Shown here: positions 19,174-27,753 of the stretch, in pieces
Numbering within the stretch: position 1 is the stretch's first letter
Layout: each line of letters begins with the position of its first letter
Source of the DNA: an uncultured Planctomycetaceae bacterium
GTDB lineage: Bacteria > Planctomycetota > Planctomycetia > Isosphaerales > Isosphaeraceae
Assembly: GCA_963833985.1 (NCBI GenBank)
Contig: CAWIAD010000002.1
Location: 5,856,001 to 5,920,000 of the forward strand
Length of the DNA stretch: 64,000 nt
Direction of reading: 5' to 3'
Notes under the pieces: generated by a model
What the model saw: the letters and a program-made list of their open reading frames with translations, nothing else
What the model was told of the DNA's origin: nothing
Databases searched by the model: none
Made by a program: the position numbers and the translations under genes

Positions 19174-21417
19174 CCTACTTTCCGCACATCTCCCTTTGAT
19201 TTCCCCGAATTCGACCTGAGGCCATCTTCTCAGACGCGGCCCCAGGGTCGGTAAACATCTACAAGTCGATCGGCACGGGGACCTTGTTCGGTTCAGATGG
19301 TTCGCCAACCGGACCGTTCCTGAACTCGAGCCATTCTTCGCCTTGTCTTATGACTTGGCAATGTCCAGCCGCGCGCCGCGATTCTCGCCGCGACGACTTG
19401 TGACACGGGCTATGAGCGTAAGTTGAGCGGCTCACAACTTACGTCAAGGCAAATTTGCATAAGTGAATCACAAGATTTTTTGTCCTTGACGTCCCGATCT
19501 CCTCCGCCATCATTGCGGCAAGCCCTGCGGCGGTCGGCCTGCTCCCCTCACGGCCCTGGAAGGCCCGGCGGCGGACACCGGCCAACTCGCTGCAAACCCT
19601 CCGGAGATGATCCGCATGAACGAACCTCAACGACCGCGCCAACCCGGCGAGACGGCCCGCTCGAAGGGACGCACGCGCACGCTCAACACGCGGCGGATTG
19701 CCGCCGTGCCCATCCTGGAACACTTCCTGAGTCGGCTCCGCCTTCGCGAGTTTCTCTGCGACCACCTGCCCCATGAGGACGGCCGCACTCGGGTCCCCAC
19801 GGCCACGGCCTTGCTCGTCCTGCTGCGCAACCTGCTGATCTCGCGTGAGCCACTCTATGGTGTCGGTGAGTGGGTGGCCCGCCATGAGCCGAAACTGTTC
19901 GGGTTGTCCGATGTCCAAGTCGCCGCAATGAACGACGATCGAGTTGGCCGGGCCCTCGACCGTCTCTTCGACGCCAATCTCTCGGGGTTGGCCCTGAAGG
20001 TCGCGGCCCATGCCGTACGCGAATTCGACGTCAGCCTCGACCAGTTACACAACGACTCGACCACCATCACTTTCCACGGTGACTACGAGTCGGCGGAGGC
20101 GGAGCGAACCCTGCGGGGACAATTGCGGTTGGCGGTGACCTGGGGTCATAACAAAGACCACCGCCCCGACCTCAAGCAGCTACTCTACATCCTCACCGTG
20201 ACCGGCGACGGTGCCGTCCCGGTGCACTTTCGCGTCGAGAGCGGCAACGCCACCGACGACCGCTCTCACCAGGAGACCTGGGAGTTGCTCTGTCAACTGA
20301 CCGGACGCCGAGACTTTCTCTACATCGCCGACTGCAAGCTGGCCACCACCGAGAACATGGCCTATCTGCATCAGCGCGGCGGTCGGTTCCTCAGCGTGCT
20401 GCCGCGAACTCGCAGTGAGGACGGTGCCTTCCGCGGCGCCGTACTCCGGGGAGAGATCCAGTGGCGATGGACCCACGACAAGTACGACGACAAGGGACAG
20501 TTGACCGACCGCTTCTCGATCTGCAAACCTGCGAGCCAGACCACCGAGGGTTACCGGCTGATCTGGTATCACAGCACACGCAAGGCCGAGTTGGATGCGG
20601 AGGTACGGCTGACCCGGCTGGAGAAGGCGTTGAAACGACTGGACGAACTGCGTGCCAAGCTCGCCTCGTCCCGAACCCGGTACCGCAGTCGAGCCAAGGT
20701 CGCCGAGGCGGTCGAGGAGCTGCTCCGAGACTGTGAGGTCACCGAGTGGATCTCGGTCGAGATCGAGGAGCAGGTCACCGAAAAGTTCCGCCAGGAGCGA
20801 CGCGGCCGGCCTGGACAGGACACGCGGTACGTCCGAGAGGAGAAGCTCCGTTACTCGTTGAAGCATCGGATTGAGTTGGAGCGACTGGATGAGGAGGCCC
20901 GCTGTGATGGCATTTTCCCGCTGGTGAGCAACGAATCGAAGATGACGGAGCAGGATCTGCTCTTGGCCTACAAACAGCAACCGGCCATCGAACGACGGTT
21001 CGAGCACCTGAAGACTGACTTCGTGGTAGCGCCTATGTACCTGAAGGAGGTGAGTCGGATTCAGGCCTTGCTCTGCGTGTACTTCTTCGTGTTGCTGGTC
21101 GAGGCGCTGTTGGAGCGAGAACTCCGCCGCGCGATGGAACGAGCGGGAATCGAGAGCCTGCCACTGTATTCCGAAGGTCGGGCCTGCCGACGCCCGACGG
21201 CTCGAAAAGTGATCGACCTGTACGAGGACGTTCAAGAGCATTCCCTGAAGGCTGGGAAACGCCCTCTTGAGGTGTTCAGCACAGAGTTAACTCGGCTCCA
21301 GAAGAGAATCCTGCGCCTGCTGGGGATACCCAAAGCCTACGAGATTTGAGCCTGACAGGCCGAAAGACGGCACACGGAAATTAGGAGATAGTCAAGGCGA
21401 GATGTGCGGAAAGTAGG
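19174..21417 (+). mobile_element. IS1634-family insertion sequence, copy 1 (2244 bp)
   Basis: 19-bp TIR CCTACTTTCCGCACATCTC / GAGATGTGCGGAAAGTAGG; near-identical to 59050-61293; flanks TTCAA and TTCCA do not form a TSD. Confidence 0.92.
19607..21349 (+). CDS. IS1634-family transposase
   Basis: NDDRVGRALD, HNDSTT, GHNKDHRPDLKQ, GNATD, IADCKL, YKQQPAIERRFEHLK. Confidence 0.93.
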   Translation: MIRMNEPQRPRQPGETARSKGRTRTLNTRRIAAVPILEHFLSRLRLREFLCDHLPHEDGRTRVPTATALLVLLRNLLISREPLYGVGEWVARHEPKLFGLSDVQVAAMNDDRVGRALDRLFDANLSGLALKVAAHAVREFDVSLDQLHNDSTTITFHGDYESAEAERTLRGQLRLAVTWGHNKDHRPDLKQLLYILTVTGDGAVPVHFRVESGNATDDRSHQETWELLCQLTGRRDFLYIADCKLATTENMAYLHQRGGRFLSVLPRTRSEDGAFRGAVLRGEIQWRWTHDKYDDKGQLTDRFSICKPASQTTEGYRLIWYHSTRKAELDAEVRLTRLEKALKRLDELRAKLASSRTRYRSRAKVAEAVEELLRDCEVTEWISVEIEEQVTEKFRQERRGRPGQDTRYVREEKLRYSLKHRIELERLDEEARCDGIFPLVSNESKMTEQDLLLAYKQQPAIERRFEHLKTDFVVAPMYLKEVSRIQALLCVYFFVLLVEALLERELRRAMERAGIESLPLYSEGRACRRPTARKVIDLYEDVQEHSLKAGKRPLEVFSTELTRLQKRILRLLGIPKAYEI

Positions 21418-21801
21418 TTCCAGCTCCCGGCACCTTACATGCTTCCGGCAGCCGACGCAGTAGGATCGATCTACCATGTATGTGTGCGGATTCTCGAGAT
21501 ACGTCCGGATGATCTCCTCCGGCATGACGGTACGTTGGCCGCAACGCCAATGGCGGTAAACGCGCGGCACGCCTTCCAGCGAACCTTGATATCGGTCGTC
21601 GGGAGGCAAAGTGACATACTCGCTGAGCCGGCCGTCGGGGCGAAGCCGGGTGTGCTCAAGCCGATGTGCCTCATCCTGTTCCGGATCGACCCATTCATGA
21701 CAGTAGCGGCAACGTGACCAGGGCCTATCGACCCCGAGGTCACGAATGAGCCATTTCTCCTTGCTGAGCACCTCAGCCTCGACGCTCAGGGCGTCGGACA
21801 T
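21418..21801 (-). pseudogene. Cys/His-rich hypothetical protein, 3'-truncated by IS1634
   Basis: CRYC...H...H and YRHWRCG..TVMPEEI..TY...CVGC..H motifs; the frame runs into the IS1634 TIR after CRELE. Confidence 0.55.
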
Positions 21802-21987
21802 CGCAGGCTGATACACGGGCCAGAGAGCGTCGGCTGTGCGTGAGCAGGCTAAGCGACGCGAAATCAGCGATTCCTGAGCAACATCGCTGAGGGTACCAAC
21901 AAAATTCCCCTCGAAGAGCCTGGTCACTTGATCAAGCTTCCCGAGGGGTGTACTCCGTGGTTTACCACAACAGCGGAGTACTCGACC

Positions 21988-22572
21988 ATGTATCATGATT
22001 TACCCCGGACCGCCAGGCTCTGGTCGTTTCTTTGGGCTGTCGACCAGCATCTCGCAGAGGAAACCCGCAAGCAAGCATGTTCATGTGGCGGCCGCCTGCA
22101 CGCCGCCAACTATCTCCGCAAGCCACGCGGCACTGCCGTCCAGCTACCCGAGCAAGAATGCCTCAGACTGAGCTTCTGCTGCGATCGCGAGGGCTGCAGG
22201 AAGAGAGTCACACCGCCGTCGGTGCGCTTCCTGGGCCGCAAGGTCTACCTGGGCGCGATCGTGATCCTCATCAGCGCCATGCGGCAGGGACCCTCGCCAC
22301 GCCGCGTCCGCGAGCTTTCCACACGCTTCGGCGCCGACCGCCGGACCATCGCCCGCTGGCAGGTCTTCTGGCGCGAACGCTTTCCTCAGACACCATTCTG
22401 GAAGGTTGCAGGCGCCCGGTTGGTGCCGGTCCTGGAGATCCTCTCCCTTCCCTACTCACTTGTCGACGCCTTCCTCTCCCGCCATCGCATCTGCAAAGGG
22501 TGGACGCTCCTGCTGCGGTTTCTCGCACCGATCACGATCCCCGGCGGCCTGCGAATCGAGGTCTCGCGATGA
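21988..22572 (+). CDS. Transposon-associated Cys-rich (putative Zn-binding)/HTH protein
   Basis: CSCGG..H...CC...C motifs, HTH-like RELSTRFGADRRTIARW; same N-terminus in two other partial copies. Confidence 0.75.
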   Translation: MYHDLPRTARLWSFLWAVDQHLAEETRKQACSCGGRLHAANYLRKPRGTAVQLPEQECLRLSFCCDREGCRKRVTPPSVRFLGRKVYLGAIVILISAMRQGPSPRRVRELSTRFGADRRTIARWQVFWRERFPQTPFWKVAGARLVPVLEILSLPYSLVDAFLSRHRICKGWTLLLRFLAPITIPGGLRIEVSR

Positions 22573-22668
22573 TCGCTTTCCACCCGCAGAAGATGCTCGT
22601 CGCCGATTTTGATCCGCCGATTTATAGAGGTTGTCACGGTCCCTTCACCCGACTTGTGAGGAGATGTG

Positions 22669-24142
22669 ATGACTCAAAGACACCCCTGTTCAACCGCTGC
22701 CTTGTGGGCACGGTTTCGGTTCTCCGTGGTGGGCTCGCTCCTGAGCTCTCCCCCTGCGCGGATCGCTTCAGACAGCGATCTGCTCCCTTGCCGAAAAGAC
22801 CTGGTCGCATCCTGTGACGGGGCGCGATGTCCGCGTCGCGGCCGCCACCATCGCGCGCTGGTACTACACGGCGCTCCACCAGCCTGACGACCCGGTCGCC
22901 GCCTTGCGTCGTGCCGTGCGGAAAGACTGCGGAAAGATCTCGCTGGCGGCGACCCTCGCCGAGCGACTCCATCTCCAGTATCGCGATCACACGGACTGGA
23001 GCTATCAACTGCACTACGACAACCTCGCCGCGCTCTTGAAGGCCGATCCCTCACTGGGGCGGCTCCCCTCCTATTCCACGATCAAGCGTTTCATGCAGGC
23101 TCACGGCCTGGTGCGCAGACCGAGGCTCCGGCCCGGCGGACGCCCTGGCGAAGTCCGCGCCCAAGAGAGGCGTCAGACACGGGAAATCCGCAGCTACGAA
23201 GCCACCCATGTCGGAGCGCTCTGGCATCTCGATTTCCACCACGGATCGCTCAAGGTGCTCACTCCCGGCGGCCAGTGGCTGCGGCCAATCGCGCTGGGCA
23301 TCCTCGATGACCACTCACGACTGTGCTGCCACGTTCAGTGGTATCTCTCGGAGACCGCCGAGGACCTGGTGCACGGACTCTCCCAGGCGATCCAGAAACG
23401 GGGCCTGCCGTGCGCGCTGTTGACCGATAACGGCTCCGCGATGGTGGCCGAGGAAGTCACCGAAGGGCTCTTGCGTCTGGGCATCGTCGCAGAGCGAACG
23501 CTCCCTTATAGCCCGTATCAAAACGGCAAGCAGGAGGCGTTCTGGGGCACGCTCGAGGGGCGGCTCATGAAGATGCTCGATGGTGTCAGGGAATTGACCC
23601 TGGAATTGCTCAATGAGGCAACCCAGGCCTGGATGGAAATTGAGTACAACCGCGCCGTGCACCGCGAGACCGGCAGCTCGCCGGTCGACCGCTTCGCCAA
23701 GGCCCCCGATGTGCTTCGCTCGAGCCCTTCGAGTGTAGCGCTGCGTGCGGCATTCCGCCTGGAGACCAAGAGGAGCCAGCGTCAAAGCGACGGCACCATC
23801 TCACTGGAGGGGAGGCGCTTCGAGATTCCGGCAAGGTACCGTCACTTCCGCGCAGTGACCGTCCGTTACGCCCGCTGGGACCTCGGCCGGATCGATCTGG
23901 TCGACGAGCAAAGTGGAACCGTCCTGGCTCCCATTTATCCCCTCGACAAAGCCGCCAACGCCGACGGCCGCCGGGCCGTAACCGGGTCCGGTGGCACCGA
24001 GGTGCCGTCCCCAGAGCAGCGGCGCGACGCCGGCGAACTGCCACCCCTCCTGAAAAGGATCCTCCAGGAGTACTCGGCCACGGGCATGCCGCCGGCCTAT
24101 TTGCCCAGGACATCCCCGAAAGACAACGGAGAACCCTCATGA
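22669..24142 (+). pseudogene. DDE transposase/integrase (rve core + Mu-transposase C-terminal), frameshift at ~22759
   Basis: WHLDFHH, ILDDHSR, LLTDNGS, PYSPYQNGKQE, YNRAVH, DGTISLEG. The N-terminus (WARFRFSVVGSLLSSPPA) is out of frame with the rest, consistent with a 2-nt loss in GCGCGG; ORF 22814..24142 is the in-frame remainder. Confidence 0.85.
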
Positions 24143-24984
24143 ATAGCAAGAAACTGCTGGCACTCTATGGGCTGAAATGGAACCCGTTTTCACCCGAGCT
24201 TCCTCCCGAAGCACTGCTGGCGCCCCCCAGGATCGAGCAATTTGCCTGGCGCGTGGAACAGCTGGTCCAGGAAGGAGGCTTCGCGCTGATCACGGGTGAG
24301 TCGGGCACCGGCAAATCGGTGGCGCTGCGGATTGTGGCCGGGCGGCTGGCGGCGCTGCGGGATGTCACCGTCGGTGTGATCGAGCGACCCCAGTCGAAGA
24401 GCCCCGACTTCTATCGGGAGCTGGGGGACATCTTCGCGGTGAAGCTGGCACCGCACAATCGCTGGTGCGGGTTCAAGGCGCTCCGCGAGCGGTGGAAAGC
24501 CCACGTGGCCTCCTCGCGGATCCGCCCGGTGCTGCTGATCGACGAAGCCCAGGAGATGAGCCCTGAGGTCCTCTGCGAGCTGCGTATTCTCTCCAGCGCC
24601 GACTTCGATGCCACGTCGCTTTTGACCGTGATCCTCTCGGGAGATGAACGACTGCTGGAACTGTTGCGGCACGAAGATCTGGTGCCCCTGGGCACCCGGA
24701 TTCGCACGCGACTGGTCACCGAGCCCGCCACCCGCGAAGAGCTCCTGGAGTTGCTTCAACACGCGCTGGCCAAGGCCGGCAATGCCGCGCTCATGACGCC
24801 CCAGCTCGCAGAGACACTGGTCGACCACAGCGCGGGGAACTACCGTTTGCTCATGATTATGGGAGGTGAGCTCTTGGCCCATGGCATGGCGCACGAAATC
24901 GGGCAGCTTGACGAGAAGTGCTACCTCGAGGTCTATCAGCCGCGAGGCCCGCGCCCTGCGCTGAAGAAGAAAGCGAAGGTGTGA
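24139..24984 (+). CDS. ExeA/TnsC-like AAA+ ATPase
   Basis: YGLKWNPF, Walker A GESGTGKS, Walker B LLIDEAQ; start overlaps the transposase stop (ATGA). Confidence 0.92.
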   Translation: MNSKKLLALYGLKWNPFSPELPPEALLAPPRIEQFAWRVEQLVQEGGFALITGESGTGKSVALRIVAGRLAALRDVTVGVIERPQSKSPDFYRELGDIFAVKLAPHNRWCGFKALRERWKAHVASSRIRPVLLIDEAQEMSPEVLCELRILSSADFDATSLLTVILSGDERLLELLRHEDLVPLGTRIRTRLVTEPATREELLELLQHALAKAGNAALMTPQLAETLVDHSAGNYRLLMIMGGELLAHGMAHEIGQLDEKCYLEVYQPRGPRPALKKKAKV

Positions 24985-24986
24985 CG

Positions 24987-25940
24987 ATGGCGACCAGTGG
25001 CGAGCAAGTGCTTCCGGTGGTGCGTGTGGCCGAGCTTCCCAGCGATGAGCTCGCGGAGCGATGGCTGGTGGAGCAGCTCTGGTGTGCCCACGCGGTGGGC
25101 GTCATCGGCGGCGCTCCGAAGTGCGCCAAGACGTGGCTGGGGCTGGACATGGCCCTCTCCGTAGCCACGGGCACACCATGCCTGGGCAAGTATGCCGTAC
25201 CGGAGCCGGGACCGGTTCTGGTTTACCTGGCTGAGGATGCGCTGCGGGCTGTGCGCGAACGTATCGAGGGAATGGCCCGGCATCGCGGTCTGGATCTCGA
25301 CGAGGTGTCGATCCACGTGATCACGGTCCCGGTGCTCCGGCTCGATCACGATCGAGACCGCACGCGGCTGTGGGAGACAGTGCGGGGGCTTCGGCCTCGG
25401 CTGCTGGTGCTGGATCCCCTGGTGCGACTTCACGGCATCGACGAGAATCATGCTGGCGACGTCGCCGAATTACTCGGGTATCTGCGGTCGTTGCAGCGTC
25501 AGCTTGGCCTGGCGGTTCTGCTGGTGCATCACACGCGGAAGAACGCCGCGGACGGTGTTGCCGCCGGTCAGGGCCTGCGTGGGTCGGGTGACATACATGC
25601 CTTCGGCGACTCGAACCTGTATCTCCAGCGCACGAAGGAGCACCTGATCCTCTCCAGCGAGCACCGGTCGGCGCCGGCAGTAGCGCCTGTTTATCTGGAG
25701 CTGGTCGCCACCGACGCGGGGACAGCTCACCTGGAGGTCATCGCAGCGCCTGATGATCGGAACGGGCGCGACCTCGAAGGGCAAGTGCTGAATCTTCTGG
25801 CTCAAGGCCGAGTGCTTACGCGAGCGAGCCTGCGTGATTCGCTGGCGGTGAAGAACGAGCGTTTAGGGACGGTACTGGAGTCACTGGAGCGCGCCGGCAA
25901 GATCGGCCGCACAACTGGAGGCTGGCGACGTCTCCGCTGA
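24987..25940 (+). CDS. AAA_25 / RepA-RecA-like ATPase (helicase-like) with C-terminal winged-helix-like tail
   Basis: RWLVEQL, Walker A GAPKCAKT, VYLAED, LLVLDPL, DEN, LVHHTRK, LRGSG; ATG 2 nt after the ExeA stop. Confidence 0.85.
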   Translation: MATSGEQVLPVVRVAELPSDELAERWLVEQLWCAHAVGVIGGAPKCAKTWLGLDMALSVATGTPCLGKYAVPEPGPVLVYLAEDALRAVRERIEGMARHRGLDLDEVSIHVITVPVLRLDHDRDRTRLWETVRGLRPRLLVLDPLVRLHGIDENHAGDVAELLGYLRSLQRQLGLAVLLVHHTRKNAADGVAAGQGLRGSGDIHAFGDSNLYLQRTKEHLILSSEHRSAPAVAPVYLELVATDAGTAHLEVIAAPDDRNGRDLEGQVLNLLAQGRVLTRASLRDSLAVKNERLGTVLESLERAGKIGRTTGGWRRLR

Positions 25941-25955
25941 TCATCCGGAGCGGAC

Positions 25956-25990
25956 CGTTCCGTTCCCCTTCCGGAGAGGGGAACGGAACG
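25956..25990. other. Perfect 14-bp stem hairpin downstream of the AAA gene (terminator or origin-like)
   Basis: CGTTCCGTTCCCCT-TCCGGAG-AGGGGAACGGAACG; no U-tract on either side. Confidence 0.7.
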
Positions 25991-26060
25991 ATCCTCCTGC
26001 AGTGAAATACACCACCGATTATCTTGCCCAGATGGCCATCGATTATCGCGGCCACTCTCA

Positions 26061-26077
26061 GATGTGCGGAAAGTAGG
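26061..26077. mobile_element. Orphan outer 17 bp of an IS1634 terminal inverted repeat
   Basis: GATGTGCGGAAAGTAGG, identical to 21401-21417 and 61277-61293. Confidence 0.85.
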
Positions 26078-26098
26078 AGTGCGGGTCCGTAAATGGCA

Positions 26099-26412
26099 AA
26101 ATGGGTGGGAAAATGGGGCCACCCACGGTCTGGGGCGTCAGCAAGTGGGTGGCCCTTCCACCATCTCCTTCTGCCATCCTCCCGCTTTGCCGGGGGCCAC
26201 CAGGTTCGCGGATGGACGCTGCCGACAAGGCGCCGGATGCGACGATCGAGCCGCCCGCGAGCCAGAATATAGGTGACCCAATCTGCTCCCATCTGCTGCC
26301 AGAATATGGGTGGCCCCATCTGCTGGCCCCAGAATATGGGTGGCCCCATCTGCTGCCCCATCTGCTGCCATCTGCTGCCACCATCTCCTGCCAACCTGCT
26401 GCCATCTGCTGT
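26099..26412. repeat. REP-like/low-complexity repeat cluster (ATGGGTGGCCCCAT palindromes and CCATCTGCTG units)
   Basis: 27-bp direct repeat CCAGAATATGGGTGGCCCCATCTGCTG at 26299 and 26329, inverted core at 26113-26125, several CCATCTGCTG-like decamers. Confidence 0.7.
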
Positions 26413-26414
26413 GC

Positions 26415-26637
26415 CTTCGTGCCAGGAGCCGTACTCGGCGAAGAACTCCAGCGCCTTGCAGGCGGCGGGCAGCTCCAAGGTCAAGACCGACTGGGTGATG
26501 GTGTGTTCCTCGACGTTCAGGGCCATGGCGGTGATCCACTCGGCGAAGCGGTGGAAGCCGCGGCGGGTCAAGGCCCAAGCAAAGGCGTTGAGCAAGTCTT
26601 GCCAGATGGACCAGGTGAGTTTAGCCTCAGTTGTCAT
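26415..26637 (-). pseudogene. N-terminal fragment of an IS701-like transposase
   Basis: WQDLLNAFAWALTRRGFHRFAEWITAMALNVEEHTITQS...FAEYGSW; sequence degenerates into the repeat cluster. Confidence 0.6.
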
Positions 26638-26759
26638 GCGTCTCCTGTGTCGGGGCCGGATGGGTTTGTGACCACCTGGCAGGTTCCGACCAAGAGACGC
26701 TGCATTTCAATACGGTACATACGATCAAGTATTGTGCAGTTCTTCGTGGAAATCACTGG

Positions 26760-26956
26760 TTAGAAAAGGTAGGGCGCGATGTCCAGCTCATCGCAAAGAT
26801 CGGAGACGGGAACCATTTCGAGAGGGTAGCGTTTCAGAATGGCGGCTATCTTCTCTGGGCCTGAAAAGTGCCGACGCGTCCGGTTCATGAGAAGCCTCCG
26901 TCCAGGTCATGCTGACCCAAAGGGCAGCTTCTTCCTGATTCAGCAGAGGCAAAACA
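26760..26956 (-). pseudogene. IS3-family left end with truncated OrfA
   Basis: End TGTTTTGCCTC at 26956; manual translation 26888->26760 gives MNRTRRHFSGPEKIAAILKRYPLEMVPVSDLCDELDIAPYLF* (HTH_Tnp_1-like). Confidence 0.65.
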
Positions 26957-26974
26957 GGTTGCGGCTACGCCGCG

Positions 26975-27684
26975 TCAGGATGTCAGCAGCTGCTGAAACG
27001 AGCAGAGTTCGATTCCCTCCGCTTTGAGAAGTGCACGGACAGTGGGATGTGATAGGACGTCTACCTCGATCGACCGCTCGGCGCCGTAGGACAACTCCTT
27101 CGCAGTCACTCGGCCTGGATGACATCCAAGTTCTGTCAATCCGGGAGGTAGATCCTTCAATAGCACGGTGAGCGACTCGACTGAGATCGCATCGGGTAAA
27201 CGAACTCCCATTGCCGTCTGCCCATAGAACCCGCCGCAATACTGGATGCCGGCACTGAAGCGCCTCAGCGGAATACCGAGCCGCGCGCAAGGTCGAGCGC
27301 GGCCGACCGGACCGGCTCGTTCTTGTGGACGTGCTGATGGGAATCGAGGTGGGTCGGATCGCGGCCAACCTGCCGGCGGAAACTCCACAATTGGCGCGCG
27401 AGTTCCTCGGCAACAACCGCGTGATCTTCGAGAGGAACAACCAAATCTCGCTGGATCCAGACTTCGCCGTCGTGGAACCATTCACCGAGATCGAGGTGAA
27501 GACCGAGACTGAGTCGGGGTTCCTTGCGGCCATAGGCGGCGGCGGACGCGGCGGCGGGCTTGAGCACCATCAGGCTGGCGCTCGTGACAATTCCGTGCTC
27601 GTGAGCCTCGATGATCCCCCGGTTGACGCCCTCGCTGAGGCCAAAATCGTCGGCGTTGACGATCAGGAACCGTCTCGAATCCAT
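26975..27684 (-). pseudogene. YdjC/ChbG/HpnK-family carbohydrate deacetylase, frameshift at ~27285
   Basis: LIVNADDFG, GIVTSASLM, LGLHLDL, PTHLDSHQHVH in ORF 27265..27735; TELGCHPG and ERSIE in ORF 26975..27481. Confidence 0.85.
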
Positions 27685-27753
27685 GGCAAGCCTCACGCGG
27701 TAGTGGGTCGCGGTCACGCGATTCCGGATGTACACGAACCTCGATCTGCCCCG

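Larger units (their letters stand above)
21835..26060 (+). mobile_element. Four-gene DDE transposon (Cys-rich/HTH protein, Mu/rve transposase, ExeA/TnsC-like ATPase, AAA_25/RepA-like ATPase)
   Basis: Left end fixed by three copies starting TGTGCGTGAGCAGGCTAA (21835, 55751, 58770 reverse). Right end ...GCCACTCTCA matches it at 14/22 as an inverted repeat. CGATTATC repeated at 26016 and 26040. Confidence 0.75.

Noticed and set aside
24139..24984. Type II secretion ExeA or a CRISPR-associated transposon
   Set aside because: The gene is coupled to a DDE transposase inside TG...CA ends; no T2SS, Cas or array is present.
26260..26412. Possible CRISPR array
   Set aside because: Repeats are adjacent with no unique 25-45-nt spacers, units are degenerate, and there are no cas genes in the window.
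26975..27684. Hopanoid (HpnK) pathway assignment
   Set aside because: The YdjC fold is shared by several deacetylases and no other hpn genes are nearby.
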